A stretch of 60,652 bases of DNA from Candidatus Saelkia tenebricola (GTDB taxonomy: Bacteria > Omnitrophota > Gorgyraeia > Kaelpiales > Kaelpiaceae): contig JAVCDA010000021.1 in NCBI GenBank assembly GCA_030765145.1, positions 1 to 60,652 of the forward strand, given 5' to 3'. Below the pieces are notes generated by a model. That model made no database searches and had not been told where the DNA came from. It was given only the letters and a program-made list of their open reading frames with translations. The translations under genes were made by a program, and so were the position numbers. Below, piece after piece: positions 49,025 to 58,258 of this stretch (position 1 is its first letter; every line of letters begins with the position of its first letter).

Positions 49025-49631
49025 GGTTTATTTAGTTTGTCTGGTTCTATCAGTAGTTTTCACGGGATGTATTAAAACGGGAACTAAGGAAATTATAGTT
49101 CCGGATCAACAGATTCAAGGTAATCAGGGATATTTACAAGGATGTTCGCCCAGAACAGAAAAGTTCCGAGAAATTAAGAAGAAGAAGATCTATGATATAG
49201 AGATAGAAATCCCGAATGTTTTTGGTAAAGAGTATGTAGTTTTAGAAGATAAAGATATTTGGGGTAATCAGGGCTATATGTATAAAGAAGAAGGTAGAAT
49301 GAAATATATGTATGTTGCTCCTGGCACAGTAAAAAGCAAGGATAAAGATATGACTAAAAAGATTCTCAAAGAAAGTCCTGTGATAATAGAGGATGAATTT
49401 GAATCTTTTGAATCAAGAGATGTTCAGTCTGAAGAAACATATATGGATTATAAGGTTGGTAAAGGAGAGAGTCTCTGGACTATAGCTAAAAAAGTTTACG
49501 GTGATGCTACGAAATGGCAGCTGATTTACGAGCATAATAAAGAGCTGTTGCGTGATCCTAAAATGATAAAACCAGGCATGATGTTGCGGTTACCTTTATC
49601 TTCTGATGATGTCAGAGAATTTATTAAATGA
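49008..49631 (+). CDS. LysM-domain lipoprotein
   Basis: Lipobox FTGC; C-terminal LysM YKVGKGESLWTIAKKVYG...IKPG. Confidence 0.88.
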   Translation: MKIKNRVYLVCLVLSVVFTGCIKTGTKEIIVPDQQIQGNQGYLQGCSPRTEKFREIKKKKIYDIEIEIPNVFGKEYVVLEDKDIWGNQGYMYKEEGRMKYMYVAPGTVKSKDKDMTKKILKESPVIIEDEFESFESRDVQSEETYMDYKVGKGESLWTIAKKVYGDATKWQLIYEHNKELLRDPKMIKPGMMLRLPLSSDDVREFIK

Positions 49632-50596
49632 ATGATAAGGTTTTAGAATTTAAGGATGTTAGAATCGCCCAAACACTTGCAGGTCGTTTTGATGAGAATA
49701 TTAAGTTAGTCGAAAACGAGCTTCGTTTAGATATTATTCCTCGAGGAAATAGCTTTATATTGAAAGGAAGCGAGAAGGTAGTAATCCAAGCTGAGCAGTT
49801 GTTGAATGAACTGGCTTTTGTTGTTGATAAAGGTGTGCTATTGCGTAAGCAGGATGTTCTTTATGCGCTGAAGTTATTGAAAAAAAAGTCAAAGTCTATT
49901 CATGATGTGTATCTGGACAAAATTGAGGTTTTTTCTAAACGTCGATATATAACTCCTAAAACTCAAGGGCAAAAGGAGTATGTAGATGCTATTAGAAGTT
50001 CTGATATTACCTTCAGCATTGGTCCTGCAGGTACAGGTAAAACCTATCTTGCAATGGGTATGGCGGTAAATGCTCTTAAAATTAAGAAAGTTTCCCGTAT
50101 TATATTGACTAGGCCTGCCATAGAAGCCGGGGAGAAGCTTGGGTTTTTACCGGGAGATATGCATGATAAAGTTTCTCCTTACTTAAGACCTTTATATGAT
50201 GCTCTATACGATATGATGGAACCTAATATGATTGAGGATTATATCGATATGGGTATTATTGAAGTTGCACCCCTTGCATATATGAGGGGTAGAACTCTAA
50301 ATGATGCTTTTATTATCTTGGATGAAGCTCAGAACTCAACTCCTGAGCAGATGAAGATGTTTTTAACTCGTATGGGCTTTGATTCCAAAGCTGTGATAAC
50401 AGGTGATATCACGCAAAGTGATTTACCTAATGGAGCCCAATCTGGGTTAATTCAGATTGGAGAAATCCTTAAAGAGGTAAAGGATATAAAGTTTATTTAT
50501 TTGACCAGAGATGATATTGTAAGGCATGAACTGGTTCAGCAAATTTTAAAAGCATACGAAGGCTATGAAAGTAAGAGAAACAAGAAAAATACTTAA
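49628..50596 (+). CDS. phoH: PhoH-like ATPase
   Basis: GPAGTGKT, RPAIEAGEKLGFLPG, YMRGRTL, DEAQN. Confidence 0.96.
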   Translation: MNDKVLEFKDVRIAQTLAGRFDENIKLVENELRLDIIPRGNSFILKGSEKVVIQAEQLLNELAFVVDKGVLLRKQDVLYALKLLKKKSKSIHDVYLDKIEVFSKRRYITPKTQGQKEYVDAIRSSDITFSIGPAGTGKTYLAMGMAVNALKIKKVSRIILTRPAIEAGEKLGFLPGDMHDKVSPYLRPLYDALYDMMEPNMIEDYIDMGIIEVAPLAYMRGRTLNDAFIILDEAQNSTPEQMKMFLTRMGFDSKAVITGDITQSDLPNGAQSGLIQIGEILKEVKDIKFIYLTRDDIVRHELVQQILKAYEGYESKRNKKNT

Positions 50597-52778
50597 ACTG
50601 CGTAAAAGGAAGTTGCCTCGAGATTCTTTTCGGCTTAGTTTTCTAATTCGTCCTCTTGTGATAATTCTTACTTCGTTAATTATTGCTGGGATATATTCTA
50701 TAGGAGAAGAGACGTTTAATTTTAGCCTCAGGGAAGGCGATATTGCTATGCGAGATGTTTTTGCTCCCTTCGATTTCCAGTATAGAGTAGGGGTGGATAA
50801 AGAAAAGACTCAAAAAGCAAAAGAACATGCTAAAAAAGAAGCGGGCGAGATTTATCATATTAATGAGAGTGTTGCAGATGTAATTTTAGAAAAACTAAAT
50901 AAAATTTTTAGTTATTCTTTGAGCGCAATAGAGGAGACCCCTGCTTTACCCGAGGAGTTGTTATTGCTTATACCGCAGAAGATTAATTTCAAGAATCTTT
51001 TACTGTTGCGGCAATATGATTTAAGCAAAAGTATAGAAGATGTTTCAATATTTTTGGAAGAGTTCTATAAAAGTAGTTATGTGATTCAAGATTCGGATTT
51101 TGAAAGATTTTCTTATTCTGACGCTAAGTACCTTATTATTAAAAAGAATGACATTGAGGATAACAGTGGGTATGTTCAACTATCGTTTAATAATTCGCGG
51201 ATAAGACCATTAAGCAGAGCTCGTGAGATAGTCGGTACAGAATTAAGGAGAAAAATAAAATCAAGAGTAAAAGATGTTATTATAGATTTAATCATCTGGA
51301 ATATGGAGCCCAATCTAGTATTCTCTCTGGAGGAGACAGAAATACGGCAAGATAAAGCTGCTGAAAACATTGAAAACGTATATTTATATAATGATGTTAG
51401 AAAACATGAAGGAATAATTTCTAAAGGCAATAGGGTTACAGAGGAAGACTTAGTAAGACTGAAGCAAATAAGCCAAAGATATGGTAATGAAAAACTTCCT
51501 GCAATAATTGGTATTTTCCTTTTTTCACTAATATTCCTATTTTTAATCACACTTTCGTACAAACATTTCAATCCCAAATTTTATAAAGATGTTTCCAAAT
51601 TGATATTGGTTTCTTTAGTTGTTATTATTACGGTTGCTTTAACAAAAGCTGTTATTTTATCTCCTGTGCCTAGTTATTTAATTCCGGTTGCATTGGGACC
51701 GATGTTAATAAGTGTGCTTATATCTTTCCCTGTTGCAGTTAAAGTAACCATTTTTGTAGCGATTATAAATGGAATTATAATCGGAAATAATATTGTTCCC
51801 GCGGCATGTTTTCTTATCGGTGGCTTAGCAGGTACAATGGCTATGAAGGATATAAGGAAGCGTTCTCAGTTGCTTAAAGCAGGTATAATTGTAGGAGAAG
51901 CGCAGTTTTTTGCGGTAGTAGGATTGGGACTTGTTTTCGGAATTGGTGTAGATGTTTTTTTAAGAGAAGGTTTCTTAAGTTTGTTCAGTGGTATAATAGC
52001 GGCGTTTTTTACATTAGGGTTACTTCCGATTCTGGAGCATTCATTCAAGATAACTACAAACATTCATCTTTTAGAACTTTCTGATTTAAACCATCCATTG
52101 CTCAAAGAGGTTTTAATTAAGGCTCCGGGAACATATCACCATTCTCTTATTATGAGTAGCTTGGCAGAACAAGCTGCTGAGGCAATTGGAGCCAATCCGC
52201 TTTTGGCACGTGTCGGGGCATATTTCCATGATATCGGTAAGCTTGAAAAGCCGGAATATTTTTCTGAGAATCAAAGCAAAGAAAGAAGAGAACGCTCTAA
52301 GCATGATAAGCTTTCACCTTCTATGAGTAGTCTTATAATTACGAATCACGTTAAAAAGGGATTGGAACTTGCTCATAAACATAAACTTCCTCCGGCTATA
52401 ATCGATTTTATCGAACAGCATCATGGAATGAGCTTGGTATATTATTTCTATCATAAAGCCTTAGAAGTAAAATCGGAGGAAGAGATAAAGGAAGAACAGT
52501 TTCGTTATCCTGGTCCGAAACCTCAGACTAAAGAAGTAGCGCTTGTGTCTTTAGCAGATGCAGTAGAGGCGGCTACAAGGAGTTTACAGGAACCAACATC
52601 TGCCAGAATTAAAGGATTGATAAAGGAGATAATACATAATAAGTTTGAGATGGGTGAACTTGATGAGTGTGAATTAACTTTAAAAGATTTAAATAAAATT
52701 GCAGATGTTTTTACCAGATTAAGTGTAAGTATTCATCATACTCGAGTGGAGTATCCCAGTGAGAAAAAAGAAGATTGA
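50565..52778 (+). CDS. pgpH: 7TM-HD phosphohydrolase (PgpH-like c-di-AMP phosphodiesterase)
   Basis: Extracytoplasmic domain, 7 TMs, APGTYHHS, HDIGK, QHHG, FRYPGPKP, ADAVEAA; located between phoH and ybeY. Confidence 0.85.
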   Translation: MKVRETRKILKLRKRKLPRDSFRLSFLIRPLVIILTSLIIAGIYSIGEETFNFSLREGDIAMRDVFAPFDFQYRVGVDKEKTQKAKEHAKKEAGEIYHINESVADVILEKLNKIFSYSLSAIEETPALPEELLLLIPQKINFKNLLLLRQYDLSKSIEDVSIFLEEFYKSSYVIQDSDFERFSYSDAKYLIIKKNDIEDNSGYVQLSFNNSRIRPLSRAREIVGTELRRKIKSRVKDVIIDLIIWNMEPNLVFSLEETEIRQDKAAENIENVYLYNDVRKHEGIISKGNRVTEEDLVRLKQISQRYGNEKLPAIIGIFLFSLIFLFLITLSYKHFNPKFYKDVSKLILVSLVVIITVALTKAVILSPVPSYLIPVALGPMLISVLISFPVAVKVTIFVAIINGIIIGNNIVPAACFLIGGLAGTMAMKDIRKRSQLLKAGIIVGEAQFFAVVGLGLVFGIGVDVFLREGFLSLFSGIIAAFFTLGLLPILEHSFKITTNIHLLELSDLNHPLLKEVLIKAPGTYHHSLIMSSLAEQAAEAIGANPLLARVGAYFHDIGKLEKPEYFSENQSKERRERSKHDKLSPSMSSLIITNHVKKGLELAHKHKLPPAIIDFIEQHHGMSLVYYFYHKALEVKSEEEIKEEQFRYPGPKPQTKEVALVSLADAVEAATRSLQEPTSARIKGLIKEIIHNKFEMGELDECELTLKDLNKIADVFTRLSVSIHHTRVEYPSEKKED

Positions 52779-53187
52779 AATTGTAATTCACACCAGTAAA
52801 TCTCCGTTGGGTTTAAAAATGATTAGGAAATATTTTAATAAAATATTGGAGATTTTTCCTGAATTAAAATGCTTATATTGGAGTATTTCTATTATATCAG
52901 ATCAACAAATGAAGAAGTTGAATTTTCAATTTACCGGGAGAAATAATTCTACAGATGTTCTTTCTTTCCTTTATCAGGATAATAGTTTCCCGTTAGCAGA
53001 AGTTATTATCTCTGCATCTCAAGCTTATAAGAATTCCACTATATTCAAAACTACTCCGTCTGAAGAACTTATTTTGTATTTAATACATGGAATTTTGCAT
53101 ATTATGGGATATAATGATTCTGGGAGTAAGGAAAAAAATAAAATGTCAAGAGAGCAGGGCAGATTATTTAAGGAGATTCTTAAATGA
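52759..53187 (+). CDS. ybeY: rRNA maturation endoribonuclease YbeY
   Basis: TDVLSF, HGILHIMGYND (third His of the usual HxxxHxxGYDH appears replaced). Confidence 0.9.
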   Translation: MRKKKIEIVIHTSKSPLGLKMIRKYFNKILEIFPELKCLYWSISIISDQQMKKLNFQFTGRNNSTDVLSFLYQDNSFPLAEVIISASQAYKNSTIFKTTPSEELILYLIHGILHIMGYNDSGSKEKNKMSREQGRLFKEILK

Positions 53188-53885
53188 AAAAGCGAAGTTT
53201 TACTGCACGACTTAATAATGCAACGGAAGGTTTAATTTCTATTTTTAAAGACCATAGAAATATGAAATTACATCTTTTAATGGGGGTTTTAGTTTTTGGG
53301 ACAGGAGTATTTTTAGGATTAGATAGAATTGAACTTGTTATTTTGATAGCAGTTATTGGATTGATTCTTTTTGCAGAGATGATTAATTCGTCTATGGAAA
53401 TGATGATTGATTTTTACCATCCGGATTTTCATCCTGTTTTAAAACGGATTAAAGATGCTCTAGCAGGAACAGTGCTTTTTATGGGAATTGTTTCATTTGC
53501 GATTATTTATTTTTTATTTAGCCCTTATTTAGATCCTTCTCTTCAAAATGGATTTCAGCGATTGAAAGGAGCTCATTGGCCTATAACATTTTTAACTTTT
53601 TCAGTTATAAGTGCGGTAGTAATTATTACCAAAACTTTTTTTAAAAAAGGAACTCCATTTAGAGGTGGAATTCCCTCAGGACATGCTGCAATGGCATTTT
53701 CTATCTGGACCATGGTTACTTTAATGGAGGCAAATCCATTGCTGTCGATTTTGATCTTTATTTTAGCTGTAATGATTGCAGGAAGCAGGTTGAAAGAAGG
53801 CATACATAATATTTGGGAAATAATTTTAGGAGGTTTCGTAGGGTTTCTAATTACTTTGACAATATTTCAAATTTTTGGTTTCTAA
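53184..53885 (+). CDS. dgkA: Diacylglycerol/undecaprenol kinase fused to a PAP2-like phosphatase domain
   Basis: EMINSSME and IKD kinase motifs; PSGHAA, SR...H...E PAP2 motifs. Confidence 0.88.
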   Translation: MKKRSFTARLNNATEGLISIFKDHRNMKLHLLMGVLVFGTGVFLGLDRIELVILIAVIGLILFAEMINSSMEMMIDFYHPDFHPVLKRIKDALAGTVLFMGIVSFAIIYFLFSPYLDPSLQNGFQRLKGAHWPITFLTFSVISAVVIITKTFFKKGTPFRGGIPSGHAAMAFSIWTMVTLMEANPLLSILIFILAVMIAGSRLKEGIHNIWEIILGGFVGFLITLTIFQIFGF

Positions 53886-54508
53886 TGGTATTTAAAAACT
53901 TGAGAAAATATTTTTTAACTGGGATTGCTACAATACTTCCTCTTGTGATTACGGTTTGGATTTTGAGATGGTTATTTACCGTAGTAGACAATGTTTTACT
54001 TAAACCTTTTATTGCTTTTGTCAAAATATATCTGGAATATCCCGGTATTGAGTGGTTAGCACGAGTTTTTCTGCTTGTTTTGTTTATATTTATAGTCTCT
54101 TTTTTGGGTTTTTTAATCAGTTTTTTATTTTTCCGAAAGATGTTAGCTGGTTTAGAAAATTTATTTTTAAAGTTTCCTTTTATCGGTAAAATATATAAAT
54201 CAATAAAACAGGTTAGCAGTGCTATCGTAGGCGAGGGAAAGAATGTTTTTAAAGAAGTTGTTTTAGTAGAATATCCTGCCAATGGAAGATTTTGTATTGG
54301 ATTTTTGACTGCCGAAGCTGAACATATTATTAACCAGGCATCGTCGAATGATTTAGTTGCTATATTCATACCCACCACTCCTAATCCTACAAGCGGAATG
54401 CTTGTGTATTATCCTAAGGAAGCAGTTAAGCATTTGGATATAAGCGTAGAAGAAGGCATGCGGATTGTAATTTCCGCAGGCACTGCTACAGTTGCTTCCT
54501 ATGATTGA
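53885..54508 (+). CDS. DUF502 membrane protein
   Basis: FLTG...LPL..T, IYKSIKQ, VVLVEYP, FIPTTPNPTSG; ATG 53885. Confidence 0.92.
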   Translation: MVFKNLRKYFLTGIATILPLVITVWILRWLFTVVDNVLLKPFIAFVKIYLEYPGIEWLARVFLLVLFIFIVSFLGFLISFLFFRKMLAGLENLFLKFPFIGKIYKSIKQVSSAIVGEGKNVFKEVVLVEYPANGRFCIGFLTAEAEHIINQASSNDLVAIFIPTTPNPTSGMLVYYPKEAVKHLDISVEEGMRIVISAGTATVASYD

Positions 54509-55247
54509 GAAAACTAAAGGCTTCATAATCAAAAGAAAAGTTTATCGTGATACCAGTTTGTTGCTTACAGTTTATAGTTATGATTTCGGTAAAATAGAAG
54601 GTATAGTTAAGGGTGTCAGAAAGATAGAAGATTATGGTAGGTATGATGGGATAATAGACCTTTTTTCTAATTATGAGGTTGTTTTCTATCCTAGAAAATC
54701 TAAGTTTGCTCTTTTTGTTCAATTTTATCTCATAGAGTCTTATTGGAATATTATTAAAAAGTATGATAATTTTTCTACGGTTTGTTCGGGGATAGAGCTG
54801 CTGAATTATATGACGCAGCCTTATGAAAATAATACTGATATTTATAATCTTTTAATGTTTTTCTTGAATGAATCTTCTTCTCGGGAGAGGGATGTTATTT
54901 TTTATGCTTTCATAGTTAAACTGCTTAAGTTTACGGGGTTTAGCCCTCAAATTAACAAGTGTTTCAAATGCCAAAATAAAATTCAATATCGAGGGTATTT
55001 TTCTGTACGGGAAGGGGTGTTGGTCTGCCCAAAATGTAGTTTTAAAGAAAATGATTTAGTTCCGATTAGCTCCGGTATGATAAAATCTATAAATTTTTTA
55101 GAAAGAGAATCTTATGATAATATAAAAAGACTTGTTTTAACTCGACAAGTTAAGGAAGAGCTTGGAAAAGTTATTTCCGAGTTTGTTTCATATCATATTT
55201 CTTTTGTTCCACGAAGTTGGCAGGCAAATAAAATTGGGGTTGGATGA
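54501..55247 (+). CDS. recO: DNA repair protein RecO
   Basis: N-terminal OB fold (GKIEGIVKGVRK), GFSP..CxxC...CxxC zinc finger; position in the phoH-ybeY cluster. Confidence 0.9.
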   Translation: MIEKTKGFIIKRKVYRDTSLLLTVYSYDFGKIEGIVKGVRKIEDYGRYDGIIDLFSNYEVVFYPRKSKFALFVQFYLIESYWNIIKKYDNFSTVCSGIELLNYMTQPYENNTDIYNLLMFFLNESSSRERDVIFYAFIVKLLKFTGFSPQINKCFKCQNKIQYRGYFSVREGVLVCPKCSFKENDLVPISSGMIKSINFLERESYDNIKRLVLTRQVKEELGKVISEFVSYHISFVPRSWQANKIGVG

Positions 55248-55250
55248 TTT

Positions 55251-55925
55251 ATGATTAAAGATAATTTACTTAAAAAGTCACTTTATATATCTATTTTTTT
55301 TCATTTCGCTGTTCTTATTCCTTGGCCTGGTTTTTCTAATTTGAGAACAAAATTCAAAGAAGATACAGCTGAATCACCGGCTATATTTGCTTATAAAATA
55401 AAAGATGAGAATATTTTTGAACAAAATTCTCCTAATGAACTTCAACAGGACGTCAAAGAAGATGAACTGGAAGATAAGATTAAAGATGCTCCAACAGAAG
55501 ATGATATTATGGTTGATTCCGAAAAGTTCCCGGATTTTAAAGTTATAGAGTCTCAAGAGAATGTATTCAGAATAGAAGAAGATCAAGTTGTAAGCCTTTC
55601 TGAGAATATTAATGCCGAAATTATTCCAGAGTCTATGTTGAATTATTATAATGCGATTAGAGAAGAGATAAAAAAGAAAGCTTTTTATTATAAACCACGT
55701 TTTCAAGGCAAGGGAGCCGTAAGGGTTCTATTTGGCATTGATTCTGACGGAATTTTACAAGGTATCATGGTCGATGATAATAAATCTACCCGATATAATA
55801 TTTTACGTAATGCTGCTTTAAAAAGCGTCAAACATGCTGCGCCTTTCCCCCCATTTCCTATAGAATTGAAAAATGATTTTATCACATGTAGTATTACCAT
55901 AGAATTTGAGTTGGGAGGTAGATGA
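55251..55925 (+). CDS. TonB/TolA C-terminal domain protein
   Basis: TM with SIFFH, acidic linker, F.I..DG...S....L..AAL..V..AAPFPPFP. Confidence 0.82.
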   Translation: MIKDNLLKKSLYISIFFHFAVLIPWPGFSNLRTKFKEDTAESPAIFAYKIKDENIFEQNSPNELQQDVKEDELEDKIKDAPTEDDIMVDSEKFPDFKVIESQENVFRIEEDQVVSLSENINAEIIPESMLNYYNAIREEIKKKAFYYKPRFQGKGAVRVLFGIDSDGILQGIMVDDNKSTRYNILRNAALKSVKHAAPFPPFPIELKNDFITCSITIEFELGGR

Positions 55926-56015
55926 TTAGAATAGTAATTATCGAGAGTTGTAATTCTATAAGGTTTTCTATAAATAGGTTTTTATTATTGAGCGATTCTT
56001 ATAGAACTTTATTTA

Positions 56016-56849
56016 GTGGTTGTAAAAGTGAAGAATATTTCTCAGAAATTAAAATCTAAGTATCAGAAGTTACAAGATGATCTTGTAAAATTGGATTCTG
56101 TTGTAGTTGCATTTTCAGGTGGGGTGGATTCTACTTTTCTTCTTAAAGTAGCTAAAGATGTATTAGATGACAATGTTTTGGCGGTTACTGTGCATTCCAA
56201 GGTTTATTTAGACAGAGATTTTAAGGCAACTTTGCAATTGGCTACCAAGATTGGAGTGGAACATTTAATAATTACCTCCTCAATTTTGGAAAACATGCGA
56301 TTCAGAAATAATACTTATAGAAGGTGCTATTATTGTAAAAAACAGATGTTCTCTGAAATTTTAAGTGTAGCTAGAAAAAGAAAATTTAAATTTGTCATTG
56401 AAGCCAGCAACAAAGATGATGAAAAAGATTTTCGCCCTGGATTGAAAGCTTTAGATGAACTGGGGATATTAAGTCCTTTGAGAAAAGGTTGTTTTAGTAA
56501 AGATGAGATAAGGATTGTTTCTCAAGGCCTTTCATTAGAAACGCATTCTCATCTTTCTTCATCTTGTTTAGCAACGAGGATTCCTTACGGAATTAAGTTA
56601 AGTGAAGAAATATTATCTCAGGTAGATAAAGCTGAAAACTATCTATTTAAATTGGGTTTTACCCGTATAAGAGTGAGATATCACAAAGAAGTAGCGCGGA
56701 TTGAAATTGAGCCTTGTGAATTTCAGAAAATGATAAAACTAAGCAATAAAATAGTACAATTTTTAAAAAAATTAGGATTCACGTACATAGCTGTTGATTT
56801 GGAAGGTTATCGAAGCGGTAGCTTGAATTTATTGATTAACGAAAAATAA
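56016..56849 (+). CDS. larE: LarE-family ATP-dependent sulfur transferase
   Basis: PP-loop AFSGGVDS, RCYYCK, DFRPG, SCLATRIPYG, RVRYH, DLEGYRSGSLN; exact start uncertain. Confidence 0.9.
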   Translation: MVVKVKNISQKLKSKYQKLQDDLVKLDSVVVAFSGGVDSTFLLKVAKDVLDDNVLAVTVHSKVYLDRDFKATLQLATKIGVEHLIITSSILENMRFRNNTYRRCYYCKKQMFSEILSVARKRKFKFVIEASNKDDEKDFRPGLKALDELGILSPLRKGCFSKDEIRIVSQGLSLETHSHLSSSCLATRIPYGIKLSEEILSQVDKAENYLFKLGFTRIRVRYHKEVARIEIEPCEFQKMIKLSNKIVQFLKKLGFTYIAVDLEGYRSGSLNLLINEK

Positions 56850-56856
56850 GGCTTCG

Positions 56857-56885
56857 TTGACTTAATTTTTTAGATGTGTTAAATT
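56857..56885 (+). promoter_or_regulatory. Sigma70-type promoter upstream of apgM-cstA-lysC
   Basis: TTGACT (56857-62), 17-bp spacer, TG-extended TAAATT (56880-85). Confidence 0.65.
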
Positions 56886-56890
56886 TAGCA

Positions 56891-57013
56891 ATGAGACTTG
56901 GTCTTTTTCCCCGTGAAATTCAGAGAATTTCCGGGACAGAGTCCCTGGAATTATGGGATAATTCCTAGGGGGTTGACGAAGGAGAAAGAAAAGTCCGTAG
57001 TCGAATTGTCTTA
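56891..57013 (+). ncRNA. Candidate structured leader RNA or sRNA (unassigned)
   Basis: Locally GC-richer segment starting at the predicted start site; closing helix 56895-56910/56981-56995 encloses three short hairpins. Confidence 0.45.
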
Positions 57014-57067
57014 AGTTATGTGGTATAGGTATTATTGATTTTAATTTATCTATTGAGGAATGATGAT

Positions 57068-58258
57068 ATGAAATATGTGCTTTTCATCGTAGATGGAATG
57101 AATGATCGTCCAATCAAAGAACTGAATGGTCTTACTCCTATGGAAGCTGCGCATAAGCCGTTTATGGATGCATTGGCGCCTGATGCGTTGGTAGGCCTGG
57201 TTAAAAATATTCCCCGCGGTTTTAAGCCCGGGAGCGATGTAGCAATTATGTCTATGTTGGGATTTTCTCCAAAAACTTACTATACTGGTCGTGGTCCGCT
57301 TGAAGCAGCAAATCTTGGGATAGAACTTAATGACAATCAGGTAGTTTTTAGATGTAATTTGGTTACTACCTCAGGTGATAGAATGGTTGATTATTCTGCC
57401 GGTCATATTAAGAGAGAAGAGGCGAAAGTCTTGATGCAGTATTTGAATGAAAAGTTAACAAATGAAAAATTAAGGTTTTATTCTGGTATTAGTTATCGCA
57501 ATCTCTTGCTTACAGATGGGATAGGAGATGAGCTTAATACCACACCGCCTCATGATATTATGGGAGAGTCTTTGGTCAAGCATCTGCCTAAAGGAAAAGA
57601 TGAGGATGTAATATGTGATTTAATGTATCAATCTCAAGAGATACTTGCTTCCCACGATATTAATAGAGTACGCCTTGATTTAGGAGAAAATCCTGCCAAT
57701 ATGATTTGGCTTTGGGGGCAAGGTAGGAGGCCTAATTTTCCGACATTTCAAGAAAAATATAGCTTAGATGGATTTGTTATCTCTGCAGTAGATTTGGTTA
57801 ATGGGTTGGGAAGACTTTTGGGGTTAAAAGTCGTCGATGTGCCTGGAGCTACTGGTTATTATGACACTAACTACGAGGGGAAAGGGAAATATGCGGTTAA
57901 TAACTTGAAAAAACATGATTTTTGCTTCTTACACTTAGAGGCTACGGATGAAGCCGGGCATAACGGAGATTTAAGGGAGAAAATAAAAGCTATTGAATCT
58001 TTTGATAATTACATTTTAGGTCCGGTATATGACTATATCAGTAAAAGCAATGAGGATTTTCGAATTTTGATTTCATCAGATCATGCGACACCAGTTTCTA
58101 TTCGAACACATACTGATGAAGCAGTAGCATTCTTGTGTTATGGAACAGGTATTGCTCCACGTTTTAAAGTAGACTCTTTCAATGAAAAGAATGCCAAAGC
58201 TACATTGGTTGAATATGCAGGGCCAGAATTGATTGAGGAGGTTTTTTTAGGTGAGTAG
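57068..58258 (+). CDS. apgM: ApgM-type cofactor-independent phosphoglycerate mutase family protein (possible homoserine kinase)
   Basis: MKYVLFIVDGM.D, PGSDVA, GRGPLEAA, DEAGH, SDHATP; ATG 57068 after GAGGA. Confidence 0.88.
   Translation: MKYVLFIVDGMNDRPIKELNGLTPMEAAHKPFMDALAPDALVGLVKNIPRGFKPGSDVAIMSMLGFSPKTYYTGRGPLEAANLGIELNDNQVVFRCNLVTTSGDRMVDYSAGHIKREEAKVLMQYLNEKLTNEKLRFYSGISYRNLLLTDGIGDELNTTPPHDIMGESLVKHLPKGKDEDVICDLMYQSQEILASHDINRVRLDLGENPANMIWLWGQGRRPNFPTFQEKYSLDGFVISAVDLVNGLGRLLGLKVVDVPGATGYYDTNYEGKGKYAVNNLKKHDFCFLHLEATDEAGHNGDLREKIKAIESFDNYILGPVYDYISKSNEDFRILISSDHATPVSIRTHTDEAVAFLCYGTGIAPRFKVDSFNEKNAKATLVEYAGPELIEEVFLGE

Noticed and set aside
56950-56965. ttatgggataat similarity to the left flank of element B (47515-47527)
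   Set aside because: Short, AT-rich and not accompanied by the other conserved parts of the A/B element
56891-57013. Leader as tRNA, tRNA-Sec, 6S RNA or lysine riboswitch
   Set aside because: No T-loop or CCA, loops too small for a tRNA, not a 6S-type rod with central bubble, and no lysine-riboswitch consensus
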